Below, piece after piece: positions 30,795 through 40,802 of a DNA stretch of 64,000 nucleotides (its first letter is position 1; each line of letters opens with the position of its first letter). Origin of the DNA: Gammaproteobacteria bacterium (GTDB lineage Bacteria; Pseudomonadota; Gammaproteobacteria; Eutrophobiales; Eutrophobiaceae). Made by a program: the position numbers and the translations under genes. The stretch is from contig JBDNFW010000039.1 of the NCBI GenBank assembly GCA_041689615.1, positions 104,665 through 168,664 on the forward strand, given 5' to 3'. The notes under the pieces are model-generated. The model had not been told where the DNA came from, searched no databases, and saw only the letters and a program-made list of their open reading frames with translations.

Positions 30795-33074
30795 TTATCC
30801 GGCAGTTTTCACGAAAGCAAGCAAAGTATTATCTGATGGGTCGTGATCCTGTAATAACCGTTTTTCATCAGGCACAAATCCATGTTTTTGTAAGACGTTG
30901 ATCCAGTGATCTAGACTATTAAAAAAACGTTTCTCTTTATTGTTATGGTTCCAGCTTGCTCCCAGCCCAGCGTTAAATACAGCGTGAACCAGAGAAACAA
31001 ACACCTCCATGTCAGGATCAGCGGCATCATGATCGCGTAGAACAAAAACACCTTTGTCACGCAAAACCCGACTAATGGATGCGATGTATGCATCCAGATC
31101 TTCAGGAGAGCAATGATGCAAACCTATATAACAGGTGACTAAATCAAGACTGGCATCACCGATCAGTGTTTCACTAATAGGTTGATATTCGTTTAGATCG
31201 AAATATTTACCAATTTTTTTAAGTCCTCCGCGTTCCATGATTTCAGGAGGTGAGTTGTCAGGTGGAGTATAATTGGTCAAGTATACTGGGCCACTAAGAT
31301 CTAACGCCTTCAGTAAAGACTTCACATAACGACCTGTTGAACCGATCTCCAAATAGCCTTTGTAGCTCCGGTAGCCAATCAGATCACGAGTTTGCTCTGC
31401 TATGACTTTCTTTTGCTTGATGAGTGCTGGTAAGGAATAGCGAAGATCTCGCAATGCGGGTTTGATATCGGGTAGTAATGATTGAACGCGTTGATAGATT
31501 GATTCATCGTCATCAAATTCATTACACGCTTGCATAATCACTGCATGAAAGCGATCTTCCGGATACAGGTTGTAGATATTTTGCAAGAAAAGATAAAACC
31601 TATCGCGCCAGACAGTATTTCCATAGATGTGGCGAAACTCTGATGTTTTTTCCGCTGCACTTTCTGACTTAACTTCCAAGTTATCGTCTGGAGAGTAGTA
31701 CTTCTCCCACAAACAATTTCGGAACCGATAATCTGGATCATACTGACGCTTTTTTGCAAATAACTTATTTGCATACGGGTATGCTTGATGAAACTGCTCA
31801 GGCGTAGCGTGAGGTTGATAGGGAAGATAGTACGCACCGCCATGAGCAATCACTGCGTCAATTAGTTCGCGCGTCCAAACTGCTACCCGCTCACGGGCAT
31901 TAATTCGGGTACGTTGCTTGTAATATAGAACAAAGGCAAAAGTTTCATCCCGTGCCCAGGCCAACAAACTTCCCGGATCTTTATAGGCATGGCGTATAGA
32001 AATGTTAATAACATTAACTCGATGACGGTTCAGGATTTCACTCATTAATTGCAAAAATGGTAGAAAATTGTCTACTGGTACAAAGTACTCTTGTAAAACA
32101 TAAGTACGTTGATCACGGAACAATGGTTCCAGTTCATTGACATGGTATCCAGCCTCGAAATTGCGCCAATGCACAATAGGTTTACGAAACAGAATAGGAT
32201 CAATAATGTACTCTCGTCGCCATTTACCAAATGGCGTTTCGGTGATTGCCCATAAAAAATATTTCTCAAGTAGATACAGTCGTCGACCAGGATTGAGTCG
32301 ATCTGTCGTAGTTGCTGCATGATCCGTCTTAGACCAGGTCACCGCATTGGCACAGGTGTAATCAGGAGGATACAAATCCGCATTATGGAAAACAGCATCA
32401 GTATTATTACGCACATGATCCCGAAAATACTGCAGATAGTCAGCAGCGGACACCTTCCTTCGAGTTCGTTCTACCCGGTTGTTCTCGACCAGATCTAATT
32501 CTGCCTCGACGATAATACCAACAGCGCCGTAACAACCAACGATGCTATAGAATAATTCCGGCTTCTCATCGGGTGACGTTTCCACCAGCTCACCATCATG
32601 CAACATTACTAACAGACTGCGAATCGAGAACACAAGTGGACCCAAACCAATATAACGTCCGTGACAATTCACGCTAATCGATCCGCCAACAGTAAAGTCG
32701 GAATAGGTTTGCATGATCTTGATTGCCAGTTCATGTTGATCAATCACGTGCTGAATATCACGCCAGCGAATACCACTTTGCACACGGATAAAACGCTTTT
32801 CTACATCAAGAGAAAGCACACGATTTAAACCTCGCATATCAATATGAAGCGTCTCCGGTGCGGCGATCTGCCCACCCATGCTAAAACGACCGCCGCCTAT
32901 GGATATAGGATTATCCGTCTGTTTAATTAAAATTTGCAATTGTTTGACCGTACCAGGTGTGAATACCGCATCAACCTTAGTTGGATACAATCCGGTAACT
33001 TCTTCAACAATTAAAGGGTTTGCACTTACGCCGTCTATCGGTTGGCAATCTATTGCCTTGTTATCATTTTTCAT
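30795..33074 (-). CDS. FAD-linked oxidoreductase (VAO/DprE1-like) fused to a class I SAM-dependent methyltransferase domain
   Basis: IGGGRFSMGGQ, TVGGSISVNCHGR, YDPDYRF; C-terminal YLEIGSTG, DLVTCYIGLHH, RVLRDKGVFVLRDHD. Confidence 0.85.
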   Translation of the reverse strand: MKNDNKAIDCQPIDGVSANPLIVEEVTGLYPTKVDAVFTPGTVKQLQILIKQTDNPISIGGGRFSMGGQIAAPETLHIDMRGLNRVLSLDVEKRFIRVQSGIRWRDIQHVIDQHELAIKIMQTYSDFTVGGSISVNCHGRYIGLGPLVFSIRSLLVMLHDGELVETSPDEKPELFYSIVGCYGAVGIIVEAELDLVENNRVERTRRKVSAADYLQYFRDHVRNNTDAVFHNADLYPPDYTCANAVTWSKTDHAATTTDRLNPGRRLYLLEKYFLWAITETPFGKWRREYIIDPILFRKPIVHWRNFEAGYHVNELEPLFRDQRTYVLQEYFVPVDNFLPFLQLMSEILNRHRVNVINISIRHAYKDPGSLLAWARDETFAFVLYYKQRTRINARERVAVWTRELIDAVIAHGGAYYLPYQPHATPEQFHQAYPYANKLFAKKRQYDPDYRFRNCLWEKYYSPDDNLEVKSESAAEKTSEFRHIYGNTVWRDRFYLFLQNIYNLYPEDRFHAVIMQACNEFDDDESIYQRVQSLLPDIKPALRDLRYSLPALIKQKKVIAEQTRDLIGYRSYKGYLEIGSTGRYVKSLLKALDLSGPVYLTNYTPPDNSPPEIMERGGLKKIGKYFDLNEYQPISETLIGDASLDLVTCYIGLHHCSPEDLDAYIASISRVLRDKGVFVLRDHDAADPDMEVFVSLVHAVFNAGLGASWNHNNKEKRFFNSLDHWINVLQKHGFVPDEKRLLQDHDPSDNTLLAFVKTAG

Positions 33075-33109
33075 CCATTTTCTGCCTTTTTGATTTGAAA
33101 TTAATACGC

Positions 33110-33973
33110 TTACGGAGTCGAGTCTTGAATGTTCATATCTGAATCATTCATTTTTTCAAGTGCTAACTGATAAACTTCATTTTTTTTCTTACCCGTGATC
33201 TTTGCTGTTAATCCCGCGGCATCTTTGGGTGAACATTTTTCTGAAAGGATTTGATTGATGCGCAAGGCTTCTGCATCACTGACTGACGTCTCCTGAGCAC
33301 CTTCGACTACGACAACGAACTCGCCTTTTATTTTTATCTCGCCGCTTTCCAGTTTTTCATTTATTCCGGATAGCTTATCACGCACGATTTGTTCGAATTG
33401 TTTGGTGAGTTCTCTGGCAATGGTGACGCGTCTTTCTGCGCCGAAAATTTCCTGCATGATTTTTAATGATTCAACTATACGATGGGGGGCTTCGTAGAAA
33501 ACCAATGTTCGTGATTCGGACATTAATCCTTGTAAGTATTTTTTTCGCGCTTCGCTTTTTGCCGGCAGATAACCTTCAAAAGTAAATTTGTTCGTGGGTA
33601 ATCCGGAGACGGACAAAGCCGTAATAATGGCAGAAGGTCCGGGAATCGGGACGACTTTAATATTGTTGTCATGTGCTGCGACTACCAGTTTATAGCCCGG
33701 ATCATTAATTAGCGGTGTTCCAGCATCGGAGATTAGCGCAATCGATTCGCCATCAAGCATTTGTTGAACCAATTGCTGCGTAACTTTTTCTTCATTGTGT
33801 TCGTGGTAAGCACAGATTTTGGATTTAATGCCAAAGCGTTCGAGCAGAGTTTTGCTATGGCGCGTATCTTCGGCAGCGATTAAATCGACCTGCTTCAAGA
33901 TTTCAATGGCGCGTTCGCTGATATCGCCCAAATTGCCGATTGGCGTGGCTACTATATAGAGTGCTGCTTCCAT
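33110..33973 (-). CDS. rsmI: 16S rRNA Cm1402 2'-O-methyltransferase
   Basis: LYIVATPIGNL, AEDTR, SDAGTPLINDPG, YEAPHR, RELTK. Confidence 0.98.
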   Translation of the reverse strand: MEAALYIVATPIGNLGDISERAIEILKQVDLIAAEDTRHSKTLLERFGIKSKICAYHEHNEEKVTQQLVQQMLDGESIALISDAGTPLINDPGYKLVVAAHDNNIKVVPIPGPSAIITALSVSGLPTNKFTFEGYLPAKSEARKKYLQGLMSESRTLVFYEAPHRIVESLKIMQEIFGAERRVTIARELTKQFEQIVRDKLSGINEKLESGEIKIKGEFVVVVEGAQETSVSDAEALRINQILSEKCSPKDAAGLTAKITGKKKNEVYQLALEKMNDSDMNIQDSTP

Positions 33974-34024
33974 ACTTACAAATCTGAACCCTGCTTAAAA
34001 AGGAATGTCGTAATTATCACTGCA

Positions 34025-35875
34025 ATGTACAATAGTAGCATGCGACTTTTAATCATTTTTCTTTTATCACTATCTTTATTATCCGGCTGCGGACCTACGC
34101 GCCCGTCAAATCAACAGGCTCAGGTCGATCCTGAGGAAAATGCTCGCGTTTTGATGCAATCCGGCAACTACTCTGCTGCGGCTGTAGAGTATTTAACTTT
34201 GGCGGAAAATGACAAAAATAATTCTGCAGTTTATCGCTTAAAGGCCGCTGCGGCTTACGTCGAAGCCGGACAATATGCCGAAGCGGATAAAGTCATCAGT
34301 GAAACCGCCATTCCTGAAAATGATTCTGTACAGAAATTAAGAATGCGTATCCTAAGTGCACGTCTGCAACTGGAATTTGGACAGCCCGGTAATGCACTGA
34401 ACATGCTTACTGAAATAGCTCAGACCGAAATTCCATCAAGCTTGCAAAAAAGCTATTACGATATCTTAGCCCGCGCATATCTGGCGCACGGCGATTATCT
34501 TAAAGCGGCATCTGAGCGTTTAAAACTTTCGAAGTTGTTAGCCACGCCAATCGAGATAGATCAAAATAATCGTTCACTCTGGGAAGTATTTGAAACCATA
34601 CCTCAAGCCGAACTTGAGGAATTACGCCTGGTTGCACCGGATGAATTAAGCAGTTGGTTTGAATTGGCTTCAATCTATCAGGGTTATCGTTATGAGCCGT
34701 CAAAATTAAAGAATGCGATTGATGGCTGGATCCAACGTTATCCCGGACATCCAGCTTATTCCGCTATCGCACCACAGCTCATTAGTCGTAGCAGTGAATT
34801 TGTTCAGCGCCCTTCTAAAATAGGATTGCTATTACCGTTATCCGGACAGTATCAAAAGTCATCTACTGCTGTTCGTGATGGTTTTCTGGCTGCGTGGTAT
34901 ATGGACAATCAGGAAAAATCGGAAGTTATAATTTATGATGCAAACTCATTAAACATTCGGGATGTTTATCAACAAGCCGTTGCAGATGGTGTTGAATATG
35001 TTGTTGGTCCGTTGGAAAAAGAAGCTGTTGAACAATTGGCTAGTTATGGCGAACTTCCGGTACAGGTATTAGCACTAAATCGTCAGGATTTAATCAGTGA
35101 AGAAACCGTTAATAGCAAATTAATACAGTTTGCCTTGTCACCGGAAGATGAAGCGATGCAAGTAGCTGAAGCGGCCATGTCCGATGGTCATAGACTGGCA
35201 TTGGTTATCACACCGAATATTCCCTGGGGAGATAGAATTGCCGATGCGTTTAAAAAACGCTGGCTGGAATTGGGTGGTGGCATCTTGGAACAAACTCATT
35301 TCAACAGCAGCGAAAGAGATTTTGAAGCGCCTGTTAAAGAATTGTTAAACATTGACAGCAGTGAATATCGTGGCAAGGAACTTCGTAACAAACTTAATAT
35401 AAAAATAGATACTGTCGGTCGCCGCCGCGAAGATGCCGATTTTATTTTTACCGCCGCTGTGCCAACTGATGCTCGACAATTATTTCCACAATTTCGTTTC
35501 CATCGTGCCGGCGATTTACCGGTGTATTCAACCTCACATATTTATTCGGGCCTTGTTGATAGCGCCAAGGATACTGATCTGAATGGCATTATATTCCTCG
35601 ATATGCCATGGATACTGGAAACAACCCGACAACTCTCTATTATTCAGGACGCACTTAACCGAAACTGGTCGCAGGAAAAATCACAATACCGTCGCTTATA
35701 TGCATTGGGTATTGATGCCTATCGTTTAATTCCTGAGTTGGGTCGTCTTAGTGCAGAGAAAAACAGTTATTTAAATGGTGAGACGGGTGATCTAACCATT
35801 AGTTCGAATAACATTGTAAAACGTAAATTACGCCGCGCTAAATTCGTTGATGGAAAACCTGTTTTGCAGAATTAA
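34025..35875 (+). CDS. lpoA: PBP1A activator lipoprotein LpoA (start may be 34040)
   Basis: Lipobox LLSGC, WIQRYPGHPA, GLLLPLSG, VVGPLEK, RLYALGIDAY; divergent from rsmI. Confidence 0.93.
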   Translation: MYNSSMRLLIIFLLSLSLLSGCGPTRPSNQQAQVDPEENARVLMQSGNYSAAAVEYLTLAENDKNNSAVYRLKAAAAYVEAGQYAEADKVISETAIPENDSVQKLRMRILSARLQLEFGQPGNALNMLTEIAQTEIPSSLQKSYYDILARAYLAHGDYLKAASERLKLSKLLATPIEIDQNNRSLWEVFETIPQAELEELRLVAPDELSSWFELASIYQGYRYEPSKLKNAIDGWIQRYPGHPAYSAIAPQLISRSSEFVQRPSKIGLLLPLSGQYQKSSTAVRDGFLAAWYMDNQEKSEVIIYDANSLNIRDVYQQAVADGVEYVVGPLEKEAVEQLASYGELPVQVLALNRQDLISEETVNSKLIQFALSPEDEAMQVAEAAMSDGHRLALVITPNIPWGDRIADAFKKRWLELGGGILEQTHFNSSERDFEAPVKELLNIDSSEYRGKELRNKLNIKIDTVGRRREDADFIFTAAVPTDARQLFPQFRFHRAGDLPVYSTSHIYSGLVDSAKDTDLNGIIFLDMPWILETTRQLSIIQDALNRNWSQEKSQYRRLYALGIDAYRLIPELGRLSAEKNSYLNGETGDLTISSNNIVKRKLRRAKFVDGKPVLQN

Positions 35876-35909
35876 ATATTACACTAGCTAACAATAATAA
35901 TTATCAAGG

Positions 35910-36281
35910 ATGATGATCATAAAAACGACAAAACAGTCGGGCAAACAAGCAGAAGAACTTGCTGCAAACTATCTTAGAGAACAAAAGGTAAAACTCATCA
36001 CGCGTAACTTTCATTGTCGATTCGGTGAAATCGATTTGATTGGGCTGGACCAGGAAACCTTACTATTTATTGAAGTTCGCTATCGAAAAAACGAACATTA
36101 TCTGGCCGCTGTTGAAACAATTGATCGACACAAATGTAAAAAAATTATCATTACTAGCGAGTACTATTTGAACAAACATAGAAAATACCAATCTTACTTT
36201 TGTCGGTACGATGTTATTACCCTTACCGGCTCGCTTGATAAGCCTGTAATCGAGTGGATTAAAAATGCATTTCAGGCATAA
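35910..36281 (+). CDS. yraN: YraN family putative endonuclease (UPF0102)
   Basis: RNFHCRFGEIDLI, FIEVRYR, RYDVI, WIKNAF. Confidence 0.93.
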   Translation: MMIIKTTKQSGKQAEELAANYLREQKVKLITRNFHCRFGEIDLIGLDQETLLFIEVRYRKNEHYLAAVETIDRHKCKKIIITSEYYLNKHRKYQSYFCRYDVITLTGSLDKPVIEWIKNAFQA

Positions 36282-36307
36282 TAAAGACAGTTTTTTTATG
36301 GTACTAA

Positions 36308-36907
<600 letters not shown>

Positions 36908-36910
36908 TAC

Positions 36911-37495
36911 ATGACACTTTTTAAATTGTTACGTTGTTTGATATTACTTGGTTTATTAACTCAATTATTTGCTTGTGCCGCTGTCGCCGTTGGTGGCGTT
37001 GCTGCTGCAACAGGTGCCGCTGTTGTTGATAGAAGAACAACCGGCGCATTGATCGAAGACCAGACGATAGAAGTTAAAGCATTGAAAGCGTTTCGTGATG
37101 ATGCTGAATTAAACGAACAGGCTCATATGAATGTAACCAGTTACAACACCGTTGTTCTGCTTACCGGCGAAACACCTACTGATGCTATGCGTCAACGTGC
37201 TATGGAATTAGTTAAAAAAGTAGACAAAGTAACTCATGTTTATAATGAACTAACGATTGCTGCACCAAGCTCTTTAGTTTCAAGAAGCAGCGACTCCTAT
37301 ATTACTACTAAGGTTAAAACCCAGTTATTTGCTGATAAAAATGTAAGTGGCGTTCAATTTAAAGTTGTTACTGAAAAAGGTGTCGTTTACCTGATGGGTA
37401 TTGTTTCTCACGCAGAAGCAGAAGTAGCAACAGAAATTGCCAGACAAACAGGTGGCGTACAAAAAGTGGTTAAATTATTTCAGTACACTGATTAA
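36911..37495 (+). CDS. dolP: Dual BON-domain lipoprotein DolP/YraP
   Basis: Lipobox LFAC, DRRTTG, DSYITTKVK, VYLMG. Confidence 0.9.
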   Translation: MTLFKLLRCLILLGLLTQLFACAAVAVGGVAAATGAAVVDRRTTGALIEDQTIEVKALKAFRDDAELNEQAHMNVTSYNTVVLLTGETPTDAMRQRAMELVKKVDKVTHVYNELTIAAPSSLVSRSSDSYITTKVKTQLFADKNVSGVQFKVVTEKGVVYLMGIVSHAEAEVATEIARQTGGVQKVVKLFQYTD

Positions 37496-37563
37496 TTTTT
37501 TATCTCTTAATAGTTGTTAATATTTTCAGTATACGTACTGAAATAAAGAACTTTATCCATTCA

Positions 37564-37587
37564 AAAGGACAGAGTCATCTGTCCTTT
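37564..37587 (+). terminator. Hairpin, possible terminator after dolP
   Basis: AAAGGACAGA-gtca-TCTGTCCTTT perfect 10-bp stem; short T tract. A second stem TTTCAGTA-tacg-TACTGAAA at 37524-37543. Confidence 0.45.
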
Positions 37588-37613
37588 AACATTCTACAAA
37601 CGCAACAAATGAT

Positions 37614-39911
37614 ATGTTTGATTATTCAGAAGAACTAAAGCAAACCTTATTGTCAGCATTTGAAAACAAGGGCAATGCTTATCAAGCACGCACTCGTTAT
37701 CTCGATAATAATAAACAACCAAAGTATATCAATCGTTTAATACTCGAAGATTCTCCTTATCTTTTGCAACATGCGCATAACCCGGTCAACTGGCTTGCAT
37801 GGGGAGAAGAAGCATTTGAAATAGCAAAACAGGAAAACAAACCTGTATTTTTATCTATAGGCTATTCAACCTGTCATTGGTGTCATGTCATGGAAGAAGA
37901 AAGCTTCGATAATGAAGATGTCGCCAAGCATATGAATGAGTCTTTCATCTGCATTAAAGTTGATCGCGAATTACATCCTGATGTTGATACCTATTACATG
38001 ACTGCGGTAATGATGATGCAGGGACATGGTGGCTGGCCAATGAGTAGCTTTTTAACACCTGATAGAAAACCATTCTTTGGCGGCACTTATTTTCAGCCTG
38101 CACAATTTATCGCACTAATGAGTCGCGTTAATGATGTTTGGAAAAATCAAACCAACGATATTCTTGAACAATCCAATGCAATATCTCAACAAGTTTCCGG
38201 TGCTATGGAAGCGAGACAATCGCTAAATGAAATTGGCACTAATGTGATTGATCTGACTGCTCAAACTATCATGAATCATTATGATTCATATCATGGTGGA
38301 TTTGGGCAAGCACCAAAATTTCCAAATGAACCCTATCTCTATTTCTTGCTCGAGTATGCTGCTTATTCAGGAAAATCCGATGTTCTGGATGCTGTTGTTA
38401 ATACTTTACATATTCAAAGTTGCGGCGGCATTTATGATCAAATTGCTGGTGGTTTTCATCGTTATGCTACTGATCCGAATTGGTTGATTCCGCATTTTGA
38501 AAAAATGCTCTACAACCAGGCTAATTTATCCTGCGTCTTTGCTCAAGCCTATTCTCTTACACGTGCGCCTGATTTTAAACGTGTTACATGCGAAACGCTG
38601 GATTATGTTATTCGTGAAATGACAAATGACGAAGGCGGTTTTTATTCCGCTACCGACGCTGACAGTGAAGGTGAAGAAGGTCTTTTTTTCATATGGGATA
38701 AAAAAGAAATTAAAGCTTTACTAAGCGAAGAAGATGCAAAAGAATTTATAGAGTTATATCAAGTCACTGAAGCGGGAAATTTCGAAGGTAAAAATATTCT
38801 TAATTTAAGCCAACCTCTGGAAAATACAGCTAAAGAAAAGAATATCGAATACGACGAATTAATCGATCGTCTTGCTAGCAATAAACAAACGCTTTGGGAA
38901 TATAGAGAAAAAAGAATCCCGCCGATACGCGACGACAAAATTATTACTGCATGGAATGCAATGATGATCAAAACGTTTGCTTATGTGGGACAGGAATTTA
39001 ATCAGCAGCATTACATAGATGTTGCGATTAATGCTGCCAACTATATTTTAAAAAATAATATGACCAGTAACGGTCAACTAAGCCGCTCAAGCTTAACCGG
39101 ACAAGCTTCTATACCAGCATTACAGGAAGACTATGCTTATCTCGCAGAAGCGTTGTTACAAATCTACGATGCAACAATAGATAGGCACTGGTTAGACAAA
39201 GCTTCGACTTTAACTAATGAAATGCTAGAACAATTTTGGGATGAAGGAAATGGTGGTCTGTTTATGAGCAGCCAGGGTAAAGAGAACTTGCTTCCATCTT
39301 CACCTAAGGAAATTAATGATAATGCGACCTCGTCTGGTAATTCAGTTGCATTAAGAACTTTAGTTCGCTTGTTTAAACGGACTGGCAAACAACATTTTCA
39401 GACTTATGCACAACAATTGATTCGCGCTTATTCTGACGATATCACGCAGCGTCCTTATATCTGTAGCTATCTTATCTGCGGTCTACTTGAATTGTTTGTT
39501 GGCGAACAATCCGACAGGCAATGGTGTGCTGAAGGGAATATTCATATTTCTGCAACAAAGACTAAAGAAGATAATAAATTTAAAATAATACTATCTATAA
39601 AAACGAACAACGACTGGCACTTAAATCAGATCACTGATGAAGATAATGCTTCTATACCATTAAAAATTGACACAGAAACTGACTGGAATATTTCAAGTCT
39701 TCATTACCCTGATGCAATTACAAAGACATTGGGTTTTCAAACAGAAGCTGTTGATGTTTATGAAGGTAATATAAATATTGAATTTACTGTCTCTGCAAAC
39801 AATAAGACCCGTTTTCAAAACAATTTACTAAAGCTAAAACTCCAACTGCAAGCTTGCAATAATGAAAAGTGTTTATCTCCTGAAACCCTTACGCTAAATA
39901 TAGCTATTTAA
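37614..39911 (+). CDS. YyaL/SSP411 (DUF255) thioredoxin-domain protein with C-terminal DsbD-N-like domain
   Basis: NRL...[35 protein letters not shown]; C-terminal QACNNEKC. Confidence 0.9.
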   Translation: MFDYSEELKQTLLSAFENKGNAYQARTRYLDNNKQPKYINRLILEDSPYLLQHAHNPVNWLAWGEEAFEIAKQENKPVFLSIGYSTCHWCHVMEEESFDNEDVAKHMNESFICIKVDRELHPDVDTYYMTAVMMMQGHGGWPMSSFLTPDRKPFFGGTYFQPAQFIALMSRVNDVWKNQTNDILEQSNAISQQVSGAMEARQSLNEIGTNVIDLTAQTIMNHYDSYHGGFGQAPKFPNEPYLYFLLEYAAYSGKSDVLDAVVNTLHIQSCGGIYDQIAGGFHRYATDPNWLIPHFEKMLYNQANLSCVFAQAYSLTRAPDFKRVTCETLDYVIREMTNDEGGFYSATDADSEGEEGLFFIWDKKEIKALLSEEDAKEFIELYQVTEAGNFEGKNILNLSQPLENTAKEKNIEYDELIDRLASNKQTLWEYREKRIPPIRDDKIITAWNAMMIKTFAYVGQEFNQQHYIDVAINAANYILKNNMTSNGQLSRSSLTGQASIPALQEDYAYLAEALLQIYDATIDRHWLDKASTLTNEMLEQFWDEGNGGLFMSSQGKENLLPSSPKEINDNATSSGNSVALRTLVRLFKRTGKQHFQTYAQQLIRAYSDDITQRPYICSYLICGLLELFVGEQSDRQWCAEGNIHISATKTKEDNKFKIILSIKTNNDWHLNQITDEDNASIPLKIDTETDWNISSLHYPDAITKTLGFQTEAVDVYEGNINIEFTVSANNKTRFQNNLLKLKLQLQACNNEKCLSPETLTLNIAI

Positions 39912-39927
39912 GTTATTTTTAATATAT

Positions 39928-40707
39928 CTATACCGTTTCAAGCAGAACATTCAACCTATCAGGGATGTCTCTCAAATCGAGACCCGTTTTTTTAAATAAT
40001 GCATCTGCTCTCTTTTTCAATTCAGTAGAATTTGGCAACTTTTGGCATGATGCAAAAATAATCGCATTAGAAAATTCGGGAAATTCCAATAAATAGATAT
40101 AATCAAAATAATTTTTCATTGGTAACAACACATTGACTACATCTTCTTCGGACTCTGGCAATATATTAATGGCTAATACACCCTTTTTATCAATGCACTT
40201 ATTAATGTTGGCATAAAAATCATTTTTGTATAAACAAGAAGCATGTATATCAGCGCTAAAAATATCGCATAAAATAATATTATAGATGTCATCATGCTTT
40301 GATAAAAAATACTCTGCAGAATCGTGAATAACATCTATAGTTTTTGGCAAATGAAAATAATCTTTAGCCAACTGAATAATTTGCTCGTTTGATTCGACTG
40401 ATCTAATTTCAATTTCAGGCCATTTCGAATCCAGATAACGTTCAATCGATGCTCCGCCCAAACCAAGGTTGAGTAAGCGCTTTGAAGAAGGACAAAATAA
40501 AAGCACTGAGAGTAATGCCTGAATATTAGGCAACACAAGCTGATCAATAGCATCCATTCGCATTAATGTCTGAACAGAATTATCACCTATATGCAGCCAA
40601 CGATATTGTTGCCATTCTCGTACTTCAATGCTTTCATCGTCAATTAGACCAGAATAAAGCAATTGACTTTCATCGGTTTTGAGCTGAACTATTTTTTCTA
40701 GAGACAT
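39928..40707 (-). CDS. Spermidine synthase-like SAM-dependent methyltransferase
   Basis: LNLGLGGAS, VESNE, ILCDIF, GVLAINI. Confidence 0.8.
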   Translation of the reverse strand: MSLEKIVQLKTDESQLLYSGLIDDESIEVREWQQYRWLHIGDNSVQTLMRMDAIDQLVLPNIQALLSVLLFCPSSKRLLNLGLGGASIERYLDSKWPEIEIRSVESNEQIIQLAKDYFHLPKTIDVIHDSAEYFLSKHDDIYNIILCDIFSADIHASCLYKNDFYANINKCIDKKGVLAINILPESEEDVVNVLLPMKNYFDYIYLLEFPEFSNAIIFASCQKLPNSTELKKRADALFKKTGLDLRDIPDRLNVLLETV

Positions 40708-40802
40708 TATTTTAATTATATGTATTAAGAATACCCAAATACTGATCCGCCTGATAAAATCCGCAGCCTTTCAGCTATAAAATATTATATCAGGTATATC
40801 AC

